Assembly (NCBI GenBank): GCA_964016885.1
Contig: OZ024744.1
Coordinates: 116,436,001 to 116,500,000, forward strand
Direction of reading: 5' to 3'
Length of the DNA: 64,000 nucleotides
Source of the DNA: Eledone cirrhosa
Lineage: Eukaryota
The notes beneath the pieces are model-generated. The model did no database searches. It was given only the letters and a program-made list of their open reading frames with translations, and was not told the origin of the DNA. Shown piece by piece: positions 1 through 15,000 of this stretch. The position numbers and the translations under genes are program-made. Numbering within the stretch: the first letter of the stretch is position 1; each line of letters starts with the position of its first letter.

Positions 1-3000
1 GTTTTACTGGTGTCAGTCATTAGACTGTGGCCATACTGGGGCACTACCTTGATATAGTCTACCATATCAACCTCACTACTGTTTTACTGGTGTCAGTCAT
101 TGGACTGTGGCCATTCTGGGGCACTAGCTTGATATAGTCTACCATATCAATCTCACTACTGTTTTACTGGTGTCAGTCATTAGACTGTGGCCATACTGGG
201 GCACTACCTTGAAATAGTCTACCATATCAACCTCAGTACTGTTTTACTGGTGTCAGTCATTAGACTGTGGCCATACTGGGGCACTACCTTGATATAGTCT
301 ACCATATCAACCTCAGTACTGTTTTACTGGTGTCTATCATTAGACTGTGGCCATACTGGGACACTACCTTGATATAGTCTACCATATCAATCTCAGTACT
401 GTTTTACTGGTGTCAGTCATTAGACTGTGGCCATACTGTAGTACTACCTTGATATATTCTACCATATCAACCTCAGTACTGTTTTGCTGGTGTCAGTCAT
501 TAGACTGTGGCCATACTGGGGCACTACCTTGATATAGTCTACCATATCAACCTCACTACTGTTTTACTGGTGTCTGTAATTAGAGTGTGGCCATACTGGG
601 CCACTACCTTGATATAGACAACCATATCAACCTCAGTACTGTTTTACTGGTGTCAGTCATTAGACTGTGGCCATACTGGGGCACTACCTTGATATAGACA
701 ACCATATCAACCTCAGTACTGTTTTACTGGTGTTAGTCATTAGACTGTGGCCATACTGGGGCACTACCTTGATATAGTCTACCATATCAACCTCAGTACT
801 GTTTTACTGCTATCAGTCATTAGAGTGTGGCCATACTGGGGCACTACCTTGTTATAGTCTACCATATCAACCTCAGTACTGTTTTACTGGTGTCAGTCAT
901 TAGGCTGTGGCCATACTGGGGCACTACCTTGATATAGTCTACCATATCAACCTCACTACTGTTTTACTGGTGTCAGTCATTAGACTGTGGCCATACTGGG
1001 GCACTACCTTGATATAGTCTACCATATCAACCTCAGTACTGTTTTACAGGTGTCAGTCATTAGAGTGTGGCCATACTGGGGTACTACCTTGATATAGTCT
1101 ACCATATCAATCTCAGTAATGTTTTACTGGTGTCAGTCATTAGACTGTGGCCATACTGGTGCTCTACCTTGATATAGTCTACCATATCAATCTCACTACA
1201 GTTTTACTGGTGTCCGTCATTAGACTGTGGCCATACTGGGGCACTACCTTGATATAGTCTACCATATCAACCTCAGTACTGTTTTACTGGTGTCATTCAT
1301 TAGAGTGTGGCCATACTGGGGCACTACCTTGATATAGTCTACCATATCAACCTCAGTACTGTTTTACTGGTGTTAGTCATTAGACTGTGGCCATAATGGG
1401 GCACTATCTTGATATAGTCTACCATATCAACCTCATTACTGTTTTAGTGGTGTTAGTCTTTAGACTGTGGCCATACTGAGGCACTACCTTGATATAGTCT
1501 ACCATATCAACCGCAGTACTGTTTTACTGGTGTCAGTCATTAGACTGTGGCCATACTGGGGCACTACCTTGATATAGTCTACCATATCAATCTCACTACT
1601 GTTTTACTGGTGTCAGACTGTGGCCATACTGGGGCACTACCTTGATATAGTCTACCATATCAACCACAGTACTGTTTTACTGGTGTCAGTCATTAGACTG
1701 TGGCCATACTGGGGAACTACCTTGATATAGTCTACAATATCAATCTCACTACTGTTTTACTGGTGTCAGACTGTGGCCATACTGGGGCACTACCTTGTTA
1801 TAGTCTACCATATCAACCTCAGTACTGTATTACTGGTGTCAGTCATTTGACTGTGGCCAATCTGGGGCACTACCTTGATATAGTTTACCATATCAACCTC
1901 AGTACTGTTTTACTGGTGTCAGTCATTAGAGTGTGGCCATACTGGGGCACAACCTGTATATGGTCTACCATATCAACCTCAGTACAGTTTTACTGGTGTC
2001 AGTTATTAGAGTGTGGCCATACCGGGGCACTACCTTGATATAGTCTACCATATCAACCTCAGTACAGTTTTACTGGTGTCAGTCATTAGACTGTGGCCAT
2101 ACTGGGGCATTACCTTGATATAGTCTACCATATCAATATCACTACTGTTTTATTGGTGCAGTCATTAGACTGTGGCCATACTGGGGTACTACCTTGATAT
2201 AGTCTACCATATCAACCTCAGTACAGTTTTACAGGTCTCAGTCATTAGAATGTGGTCATACTGGGGCACTACCTTGATATAGTCTACCATATCAACCTCA
2301 GTACTGTTTTATTGGTGTCAGTCATTAGACTGTGGCCATACTGGGGCACTACCTTCATATAGTCTACCATATCAACCTCACTACTGTTTTACTGGAGTCA
2401 GTCATTAGACTGTGGCCATACTGGGGCACTACCTTCATATAGTCTACCATATCAACCTCACTACTGTTTTACTGGAGTCAGTCATTAGACTGTGGCCATA
2501 CTGGGGCACAACCTTGATATAGTCTACCCTATCAACCTCAGTAGTGTTTTACTGGTGTCAGTCCTTAGATTGTGGCCATACTGGGGCACTACTTTGATAT
2601 AGTCTACCATATCAACCTCACTACCGTTTTACTGGTGTCAGTTATTAGACTGTGGCCATACTGGGGCACTACCTGTATACAGTCTACCATATCAACCTCA
2701 CTACTGTTTTACTGGAGTCAGTCATTAGACTGTGGCCATACTGGGGCACTACCTTGATACAGTCTACCATATCAATCTCAGTTCTGTTTTACTGTTGTCC
2801 GGCATTAGACTGTGGCCATACTCGGGCACTAGCTTGATGTAATCTACCATATCAATCTCACTACAGTTTTACTGGTGTCAGTCATTAGACTGGGGCCATA
2901 CTGTGGCACCACCTTGATATAGTCTACCATATCAACCTCAGTACTGTTTTACATCTGTCAGTCACTAGACTGTGGCCATACTGGGGCACTACCTTGATAT

Positions 3001-6000
3001 AGTCTACCATATCAACCTCAGTACTGTTTTACTGGTGTCAGTCATTAGACTGTGGCCATACTGGGGCACTACCTTGATATAGTCTACCATATCAACCTCA
3101 GTACTGTTTTACTGGTGTCAGTCATTAGACTGCGGCCATACTGGGGCACTACCTTGATATAGTCTACCATATCATCCTTGGTACTGTTTTACTGGTGTCA
3201 GTCATTAGAGTGTGGCCATACTGGGGCACTAGCTTGATATAGTCTACCATATCAACCTCAGTACTGTTTTACTGGTGTCAGTCATTAGACTGTGGCCATA
3301 CTGAGGTACTACCTTGATATAGTCTACCATATCAACCTCGGTTCAGTTTTACTGGTGTCATTCATTAGACTGTGGCCATACTGGGGTACTACCTCGATAT
3401 AGTCTACCATATCAACCTCAGTACAATTTTACAGGTCTCAGTCATTAGACTGTGGTCATACTGGGGCACTACGTTGATATAGTCTACCATATCAACCTCA
3501 GTACTGTTTTATTGGTGTCAGTCATTAGACTGTGGCCATACTGGGGCACTACCTTCATATAGTCTACCATATCAACCTCACTACTGTTTTACTGGAGTCA
3601 GTCATTAGACTGTGGCCATACTGGGGCACAACCTTGATATAGTCTACCCTATCAACCTCAGTAGTGTTTTACTGGTGTCAGTCATTAGATTGTGGCCATA
3701 CTGGGGCACTACTTTGATATAGTCTACCATATCAACCTCACTACCGTTTTACTGGTGTCAGTTATTAGATTGTGGCCATACTGGGGCACTACCTTGATAC
3801 AGTCTACCATATAAACCTCACTACTGTTTTACTGGTGTCAGTCATTAGACTGTGGCTATACTGGGGCACTACCTTGATATAGTCTACCATATCAAGCTCA
3901 GTACTGTTTTACTGGTGTCAATCATTAGACTGTGACTATACTGGGGCACTACCTTGATATAGTCTACCATATCAACCTCACTACTGTTTTACTGGTTTCA
4001 GTCATTAGACTGTGGCCATACAGGGGCACTACCTTGATATAGTCTACCATATCAACCTCAGTTCCGTTTTACTGTTGTCCGGCATTAGACTGTGGCCATA
4101 CTGGGGCACTAGCTTGATGTAATCTACCATATCAATCTCACTACAGTTTTACTGGTGTCAGTCATTAGACTGGGGCCATACTGTGGCACCACCTTGATAT
4201 AGTCTACCATATCAACTTCAGTACTGTTTTACTGGTGTCAGTCATTAGACTGTGGCCATACTGGGGCACTACCTTGATACAGTCTACCATATCAACCTCA
4301 GTACTGTTTTACATCTGTCAGTCACTAGACTGTGGCCATACTGGGGCACTACCTTGATATAGTCTACCATATCAACCTCAGTACTGTTTTACTGGTGTCA
4401 GTCATTAGACTGTGGCCATACTGGGGCACTACCTTGATATAGTCTACCATATCAACCTCAGTACTGTTTTACTGGTGTCAGTCATTAGACTGCAGCCATA
4501 CTGGGGCACTACCTTGATATAGTCTACCATATCATCCTCAGTACTGTTTTACTGGTGTCAGTCATTAGAGTGTGGCCATACTGGGGCACTAGCTTGATAT
4601 AGTCTACCATATCAACCTCACTACTGTTTACTGGTGTCAGTTATTAGACTGTGGCCATACTGAGGTACTACCTTGATATAGTCTACCATATCAACCTCGG
4701 TTCAGTTTTACTGGTGTCATTCATTAGACTGTGGCCATACTGGGGCACTACCTTGATATAGTCTACCATATCAACCTCAGTACTGTTTTACTGGTGTCAG
4801 TCATTACACTGTGGTCATACTGGGGCACTACGTTGATATAGTCTACCATATAAATCTCAGGACTGCTTTACTGGTGTCAGTCGTTAGACTGAGGCCATAC
4901 TGGGGCACTACCTTGATATAGTCTACCATATCAACCTCATTACTGTTTTACTGGTGTCAGTCATTGGACTGTGGCCATACTGGGGCACTACCTTGATATA
5001 GTCTACCATATCAACCTCAGTACAGTTTTACAGGTCTCAGTCATTAGGCTGTGGTCATACTGGGGCACTACCTTGATATAGTCTACCATATCAACCTCAC
5101 TACTGTTTTACTGGTGTCAGTCATTAGACCGTGGCCATACTGGGGCACTACCTTGATATAGTCTACCATATCAACCTCTGTACTGTTTTACTGGTGTCAG
5201 TCATTAGACTGTGGCCATACTGGGGCACTACCTTGATATAGTCTACCATATCAACCTCAGTACTGTTTTACTGGTGTCAGTCATTAGACTGCGGCCATAC
5301 TGGGGCACTACCTTGATATAGTCTACCATATCAACTTCACTACTGTTTTACTGGTGTCAGTCATTAGACTGTGTCCGTACTGGGGCTCTACCTTAATATA
5401 GTCTACCATATCAACCTCAGTACTGTTTTACTGGTGTCAGTCATTAGACTGTGGCCATAATGGGGCACTATCGTGATATAGTCTACCATATCAACCTCAG
5501 TACTGTTTTACTGGTGTCAGTTATTAGACTGTGGCCATACTGGGGCAAAACCTTGATATAGACAACCATATCAATCTCACTACTGCTTTACTGGTGTCAT
5601 TCATTAGACTGTGGCCATACTGGGGCACTACCTTGATATAGTCTCCCTTATCAACCTCAGTGAGTTTTTTACAGTTGTCATTCATTAGACTGTGGCCATA
5701 CTGGGGTACTACCTTGATATAGTCTACCATGTCAACCTCAGTACTGTTTTACTGGTTTCAGTCATTAGACTGTGGCCATACTGGGGCACCACCTTGATAT
5801 AGTCTACCATATCAATCTCAGTACTGTTTTACTGGTGTCAGTCATTAGACTGTGGCCATCCTGGGGCACTACCTTGATATAGTCTACCATATCAACCTCA
5901 GTACTGTTTTACTGGTGTCAGTCATTAGACTGTGGCCATACTAGGGCACTACCTTGATATAGTCTACCTTATCAACCTCAGTGAGTATTTTACTGTTGTC

Positions 6001-9000
6001 ATTCATTAGACTGTGGCCAGACTGGGGCACTACCTTGATATAGTCTACCATGTCAACCTCAGTACTGTTTTACTGGTGTCAGTCATTAGACTGTGGCCAT
6101 ACTGGGGCACTACCTTGATATAGTCTACCATGTCAACCTTAGTACTGTTTTACTAGTGTCAGTCATTAGACTGTGGCCATACTGGGGCACTACCTTGATA
6201 TAGTCTTCCATATCAACCTCAGTACTGTTTTACTGGTGTCAGTCATTTGACTGTTGCCATACTGAGGCATTACCTTGATATTGTCTACCATATCAACCTC
6301 AGTACTGTTTTACTGGTGTCAGTCATTAGACTGTGGCCATACTGGGGCACTAACTTGATATAGTCTACCATATCAACCTCAGTAGTGTTTTCTTGGTGTC
6401 AGTCAATAGACTGTGGCCATACTGGGTCACTACCTTGATATAGTCTACCATATCAACCTCAGTAGTGTTTTCTTGGTGTCAGTCAATAGACTGTGGCCAT
6501 TCTGGGTCACTTCCTTGATATAGTCTATCATATCAACCTCACTACTGTTTTACTGGTGTCAGTCATTAGACTGTGGTCATACTGGGGCACTACCTTGATA
6601 TAGACTACCATGTCAACGTCAGTACTTTTTTACTGGTGTCAGTCATTAGACTGTGGCCATACTGGGGCACTACCTTGATATAGTCTACCATATCAATCTC
6701 AGTACTGTTTTACTGGTGTCAGTCATTAGACTGTGTCCATACTGGGGCACTACCTTGATATAGTCTACCATATCAACCTCAGTACTGTTTTACTGGTGTC
6801 AGTCATTAGATTGTGGCTATACTGGGGCACTACCTTGATATAGTCTACCATATCAATCTCACTAATGTTTTACTGGTGTCAGTCATTAGACTGTGGCCAT
6901 ACTGGGGCACTACCTTGATATAGTCTACCATATCATCCTCAGTACAGTTTTACTGGTGTCAGTCATTACTCTGTGGCCATACTGGGGCACTACCTTGATA
7001 TAGTCTACCATATCAACCTCAGTATTGTTTTACTGGTGTCAGTCATTAGACAGTGGCCATTCTGGGGCACTACCTTGATATAGTCTACCATATCAACCTC
7101 AGTACTGTTTTACTGGTGTCAGTCATTAGACTGTGGCCATACTGGGGTACTACCATGATATAGTCTTCCATATCAACCTCAGTACTGTTTTACTGGTGTC
7201 AGTCATTTGACTGTGGCCATACTGAGGCATTACCTTGATATTGTCTACCATATCAACCTCAGTACTGTTTTACTGGTGTCAGTTATTAGACTGTGGCCAT
7301 ACTGGGGCACTACCTTGATATAGTCTACCATATCAACCTCAGTACTGTTTTACTGGTGTCAGTTTTTAGACTGTGGCCATACTGGGGCACCACCTTGATA
7401 TAGTCTACCATATCCACCTCACTACTGTTTTACTGGTGTCAGTTATTACGCTGTGGCCATACTGGGGCACTAACCTTGATATTGTCTACCATATCAACCT
7501 CAGTACTGTTTTACTGGTGTCAGTCATTAGAATGTGGCCATACTGGGGCACTACCTTGATATAGTCTACCATATCAACCTCAGTAGTGTTTTCTTGGTGT
7601 CAGTCAATAGACTGTGGCCATACTGGGGCACTACCTTGATATAGTCTACCATATCAACCTCAGTACTCTTTCACTGGTGTCAGTCATTAGACTGTGGCCA
7701 TACTGGGGCACTACCTTGATATAGTCTACCATATCAACCTCTGTACTGTTTTACTGGTGTCAGTCATTAGACTGTGGCCATACTGGGGCACTACCTTGAT
7801 ATAGTCTACCATATCAACCTTACTACTGTTTTACTGGTGTCAGTCATTAGACTGTGTCCATACTGGGGCTCTACCTTAATATAGTCTACCATATCAACCT
7901 CACTACTGTTTTACTGGTGTCAGTCATTAGACTCTGGCCATATTGGGGCACTACCTTGATATAGTCTACCATATCAACCTCAGTACTGTTTTACTGTTGA
8001 CAGTCATTAGATTGTGGCCATTCTGGGGCACTACCTTGATATAGTCTACCATATCAACCTCACTACTGTTTTACTGGTGTCAGTCATTAGACTGTGGCCA
8101 TACTGGGGCACTACCTTGATATAGTCTACCATATCAACCTCACTACTGTTTTACTGGTGTCAGTCATTAGACCGTGGCCATACTGGGGCACTACCTTGAT
8201 ATAGTCTACCATATCAACCTCTGTACTGTTTTACTGGTGTCAGTCATTAGACTGTGGCCATACTGGGGCACTACCTTGATATAGTCTACCATATCAACCT
8301 CTGTACTGTTTTACTGGTGTCAGTCATTAGACCGTGGCCATACTGGGGCACTACCTTGATATAGTCTACCATATCAACCTCTGTACTGTTTTACTGGTGT
8401 CAGTCATTAGACTGCGGCCATACTGAGGCACTACCTTGATATAGTCTACCATATCAACTTCACTACTGTTTTACTGGTGTCAGTCATTAGACTGTGGCCA
8501 TACTGGGGCACTACCTTGATATAGTCTACCATATCAACCTCAGTGAGTATTTTACTGTTGTCATTCATTAGACTGTGGCCATACTGGGGCACTACCTTGA
8601 TATAGTCTACCATATCAACCTCAGTACTGTTTTACTGGTGTCAGTCATTAGACTGTGGCCATACTGGGGCACTACCTTGATATAGTCTTCCATATCAACC
8701 TCAGTACTGTTTTACTGGTGTCAGTCATTTGACTGTGGCCGTACTGGGGCACTACCTTGATATAGTCTACCATATCAACCTCAGTACTGTTTTACTGGTG
8801 TCAGTCATTAGACTGTGGCCATACTGGGGCACTAACTTGATATAGTCTACCATATCAACCTCAGTAGTGTTTTCTTGGTGTCAGTCAATAGACTGTGGCC
8901 ATACTGGGTCACTACCTTGATATAGTCTACCATATCAACCTCAGTAGTGTTTTCTTGGTGTCAGTCAATAGACTGTGGCCATACTGGGTCACTACCTTGA

Positions 9001-12000
9001 TATAGTCTATCATATCAACCTCACTACTGTTTTACTGGTGTCAGTCATTAGACTGTGGTCATACTGGGGCACTACCTTGATATAGACTACCATGTCAACG
9101 TCAGTACTGTTTTACTGGTGTCAGTCATTAGACTGTGGCCATACTGGGGCACTACCTTGATATAGTCTACCATATCAATCTCAGGACTGTTTTACTGGTG
9201 TCAGTCATTAGACTGTGGCCATACTGGGGCACTACCTTGATATAGACTTCCATATCAACCTCAGTACTGTTTTACTGGTGTCAGTCATTAGATTGTGGCT
9301 ATACTGGGGCACTACCTTGATATAGTCTACCATATCAATCTCACTAATGTTTTACTGGTGTCAGTCATTAGACTGTGGCCATACTGGGGCACTACCTTGA
9401 TATAGTCTACCATATCATCCTCAGTACAGTTTTACTAGTGTCAGTCATTACTCTGTGGCCATACTGGGGCACTACCTTGATATAGTCTACCATATCAACC
9501 TCAGTACTGTTTTACTGGTGTCAGTCATTAGACTGTGGCCATTCTGGGGCACTACCTTGATATAGTCTACCATATCAACCTCAGTACTGTTTTACTGGTG
9601 TCAGTCATTAGACTGTGGCCATACTGGGGCACTACCATGATATAGTCTTCCATATCAACCTCAGTACTGTTTTACTGGTGTCAGTCATTTGACTGTGGCC
9701 ATACTGGGGCACTTCCTTGATATAGTCTACCATATCAACCTCAGTACTGTTTTACTGGTTTCAGTTATTACGCTGTGGCCATACTGGGGCACTAACCTTG
9801 ATATTGTTAACCATATCAACCTCAGTACTGTTTTACTGGTGTCAGTCATTAGAATGTGGCCATACTGGGGAACTACCTTGATATAGTCTACCATATCAAC
9901 CTCAGTAGTGTTTTCTTGGTGTCAGTCAATAGACTGTGGCCATACTGGGGCACTACCTTCATATAGTCTACCATATCAACCTCACTACTCTTTCACTGGT
10001 GTCAGTCATTAGACTGTGGCTATACTGGGGCACTACCTTGATATAGTCTACCATATCAACCTTACTACTGTTTTACTGGTGTCAGTCATTAGACTGTGTC
10101 CATACTGGGGCTCTACCTTAATATAGTCTACCATATCAACCTCACTACTGTTTTACTGGTGTCAGTCATTAGACTCTGGCCATATTGGGGCACTACCTTG
10201 ATATAGTCTACCATATCAACCTCAGTACTGTTTTACTGTTGACAGTCATTAGACTGTGGCCATACTGGTGCACTACCTTGATATAATCTAACATATCAAC
10301 CTCAGTAGTGTTTTACTGATGTCAGTCATGAGATTGTGGCCATACTGGGGCACTACCTTGATATAGTCTACCATATCAATCTCACTACATTTTTACTGGT
10401 GTCAGTCATTAGACTGTGGCCATACTGGGGCACTACCTTGATATTGTCTACCATATCAACCTCAGTACTGTTTTCTTAGAGTCAGTCAATAGACTGTGGC
10501 CATAGTAGGGCACTACCATGATATAGTCTACCATATCAACCTCAGTACTGTTTTACTGGTGTCAGTCATTATACTGTGGCCATACTGGGGCACTACCTTG
10601 ATATAAGCTACCATATCAACCTCACTACTGTTTTACTGGTGTCAGTCATTATACTGTGGCCATACTAGGACACTACCTTGATATAGTCTACCATATCAAC
10701 CTCAGTACTGTTTTACTGGTGTCAGTCATTAGACTGTGGCCATACTGGGGCACTAACTTGATATTGTCTATGATATCAACCTCACTACTGTTTTACTGGT
10801 GTCAGTTATTAGACTGTGGCCATACTGGGGCACTACCTTGTTATAGTCTACCATATCAACCTCAGTAGTGTTTTCTTGGTGTCAGTGAATAGACTGTGGC
10901 CATACTGGGGCACTGCCTTGATATTGTCTAACATATCAATCTCAGTACTGTTTTACTGGTGTCAGTCATTAGACTGTGGCCATACTGGGGCACTACCTTG
11001 ATATAGTCTACCATATCAACATCACTACAGTTTTACTGGTGTCAGTATTTTGGCTGTTGTCATACTGGGGCACTACCTTGATATAGTCTACCATATCAAC
11101 CTCAGTACTGTTTTACTGGTGTCAGTCATTAGACTGTGTCCATACTGGGGCTCTACCTTAATATAGTCTACCATATCAACCTCACTACTGTTTTACTGGT
11201 GTCAGTCATTAGACTCTGGCCATATTGGGGCACTACCTTGATATAGTCTACCATATCAACCTCAGTACTGTTTTACTGTTGACAGTCATTAGACTGTGGC
11301 CATACTGGTGCACTACCTTGATATAATCTAACATATCAACCTCAGTAGTGTTTTACTGATGTCAGTCATGAGATTGTGGCCATACTGGGGCACTACCTTG
11401 ATATAGTCTACCATATCAATCTCACTACATTTTTACTGGTTTCAGTCATTAGACTGTGGCCATACTGGGGCACTACCTTGATATTGTCTACCATATCAAC
11501 CTCAGTACTGTTTTCTTGGAGTCAGTCAATAGACTGTGGCCATAGTAGGGCACTACCATGATATAGTCTACCATATCAACCTCAGTACTGTTTTACTGGT
11601 GTCAGTCATTAGACTGTGGCCATACTGGGGCACTACATTGATATAGTCTACCATATCAACCTCAGTACTGTTTTACTGGTGTCAGTCATTAGACTGTGGC
11701 CATACTGGGACACTACCTTATATAGTCTACCATATAAACCTCAGTATTGTTTTACTGGTGTCAGTCATTAGATTGTGGCCATACTGGGGCACTACCTTGA
11801 TATAGTCTACCATATCAACCTCAGTACAGTTTTACTGGTGTCAGTCATTAGACTGTGGCTATGCTGGGGCACTACCTTGATATAGTCTACCATATCAACC
11901 TCAGTACTGTTTTACTGGTGTCAGTCATTAGACTGTGGCCATACTGGGGCACTACATTGATATAGTCTACCATATCAACCTCAGTACTGTTTTACTGGTG

Positions 12001-15000
12001 TCAGTCATTAGACTGTGGCCATACTGGGACACTACCTTGATATAGTCTACCATATCAACCTCAGTACTGTTTTACTGGAGTCAGTCATTAGACTGTGGCC
12101 ATACTGGGGCGCTACCTTGATATAGTCTCCCTTATCAACCTCACTACTGTTTTACTGGTGTCAGTCATTAGACTGTGGCCATACTGGGGCACTACCTTGA
12201 TATAGTCTACCATATCAACCTAAGTACTGTTTTACAGGTGTCAGTTATTAGACTGTGGCCATACTGGGGCACTACCTTGATATAGTCTAACATATCAACC
12301 TCACTACTGTTTTACTGGTGTCAGTCATTAGACTGTGGCCATACTGGGGCAATACCTTGATATAGTCTACCATATCAACCTCAGTACTGTTTTACTGGTG
12401 TCTATCATTAGACTGTGGCCATACTGGGACACTACCTTGATATAGTCTACTATATCAACATCAGTACTGTTTTACTGGTGTCAGTCATTAGACTGTGGCC
12501 ATACTGGGGCACTAACTTGATATTGTCTACCATATCAACCTCACTACTGTTTTACTGGTGTCAGTTATTAGACTGTGGCCATACTGGGGCACTGCCTTGA
12601 TATTGTCTAACATATCAATCTCAGTACTGTTTTACTGGTGTCAGTCATTAGACTGTGGCCATACTGGGGCACTACCTTGATATAGTCTACCATATCAACA
12701 TCACTACAGTTTTACTGGTGTCAGTATTTTGGCTGTTGTCATACTGGGGCACTACCTTGATATAGTCTACCATATCAACCTCAGTACTGTTTTACTGGTG
12801 TCAGTCATTAGACTGTGGCCATACTGGGGCACTACATTGATATAGTCTACCATATCAACCTCAGTACTGTTTTACTGGTGTCAGTCATTAGACTGTGGCC
12901 ATACTGGGACACTACCTTATATAGTCTACCATATAAACCTCAGTATTGTTTTACTGGTGTCAGTCATTAGATTGTGGCCATACTGGGGCACTACCTTGAT
13001 ATAGTCTACCATATCAACCTCAGTACAGTTTTACTGGTGTCAGTCATTAGACTGTGGCTATGCTGGGGCACTACCTTGATATAGTCTACCATATCAACCT
13101 CAGTACTGTTTTACTGGTGTCAGTCATTAGACTGTGGCCATACTGGGGCAGTACATTGATATAGTCTACCATATCAACCTCAGTACTGTTTTACTGGTGT
13201 CAGTCATTAGACTGTGGCCATACTGGGACACTACCTTGATATAGTCTCCCTTATCAACCTCACTACTGTTTTACTGGTGTCAGTCATTAGACTGTGGCCA
13301 TACTGGGGCACTACCTTGATATAGTCTACCATATCAACCTAAGTACTGTTTTACAGGTGTCAGTTATTAGACTGTGGCCATACTGGGGCACTACCTTGAT
13401 ATAGTCTAACATATCAACCTCACTACTGTTTTACTGGTGTCAGTCATTAGACTGTGGCCATACTGGGGCACTACCTTGATATAGTCTACCATATCAACCT
13501 CAGTACTGTTTTACTGGTGTCAGTCATTGGACTGTGGCCATTCTGGGGCACTACCTTGATATGGTCTACCATATCAACCTCACTACTGTTTTACTGGTGT
13601 CAGTCATTGGACTGTGGCCATTGTGGGGCACTAGCTTGATATAGTCTACCATATCAACCTCAGAACTGTTTTACTGGTGTCAGTCATTGGACTGTGGCCA
13701 TTCTGGGGCACTACCTTGATATAGTCTACCATATCAACCTCACTACTGTTTTACTGGTGTCAGTCATTGGACTGTGGCCATTCTGGGGCACTACCTTGAT
13801 ATAATCTACCATATCAACCTCACTACTGTTTTACTGGTGTCAGTCATTGGACTGTGGCCATTCTGGGGCACTAGCTTGATATAGTCTACCATATCAACCT
13901 CACTATTGTTTTACTGGTGTCAGTCATTAGACTGTGGCCATACTGGGGCACTACCTTGATATAGTCTACCATATCAACCTCACTACTGTTTTACTGGTGT
14001 CAGTCATTGGACTGTGGCCATTCTGGGGCACTAGCTTGATATAGTCTACCATATCAATCTCACTACTGTTTTACTGGTGTCAGTCATTAGACTGTGGCCA
14101 TACTGGGGCACTACCTTGAAATAGTCTACCATATCAACCTCAGTACTGTTTTACTGGTGTCAGTCATTAGACTGTGGCCATACTGGGGCACTACCTTGAT
14201 ATAGTCTACCATATCAACCTTACTACTGTTTTACTGGTGTCAGTCATTAGACTGTGGCCATACTGGGGCACTACCTTGATATAGTCTACCATATCAACCT
14301 CAGTACTGCTTTACTGGTGTCCGTCATTAGACTGTGGCCATACTGGGGCACTACCTTGATATAGTCTACCATATCAACCTCACTACTGTTTTACTGGTGT
14401 CAGTCATTGGACTGTGGCCATTCTGGGGCACTAGCTTGATATAGTCTACCATATCAATCTCACTACTGTTTTACTGGTGTCAGTCATTAGACTGTGGCCA
14501 TACTGGGGCACTACCTTGAAATAGTCTACCATATCAACCTCAGTACTGTTTTACTGGTGTCAGTCATTAGACTGTGGCCATACTGGGGCACTACCTTGAT
14601 ATAGTCTACCATATCAACCTTACTACTGTTTTACTGGTGTCAGTCATTAGACTGTGGCCATACTGGGGCACTACCTTGATATAGTCTACCATATCAATCT
14701 CAGTACTGTTTTACTGGTGTCCGTCATTAGACTGTGGCCATACTGGGGCACTACCTTGATATAGTCTACCATATCAACCTCACTACTGTTTTACTGGTGT
14801 CAGTCATTGGACTGTGGCCATTCTGGGGCACTAGCTTGATATAGTCTACCATATCAATCTCACTACTGTTTTACTGGTGTCAGTCATTAGACTGTGGCCA
14901 TACTGGGGCACTACCTTGAAATAGTCTACCATAACAACCTCAGTACTGTTTTACTGGTGTCAGTCATTAGACTGTGGCCATACTGGGGCACTACCTTGAT

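Noticed and set aside
1-80. Hammerhead-like string on the satellite minus strand (CTAATGA-CTGACACCAG-TAAAAC)
   Set aside because: The catalytic core is wrong (CTAATGA rather than CTGANGA, no GAAA) and I found no stem I/III arrangement.
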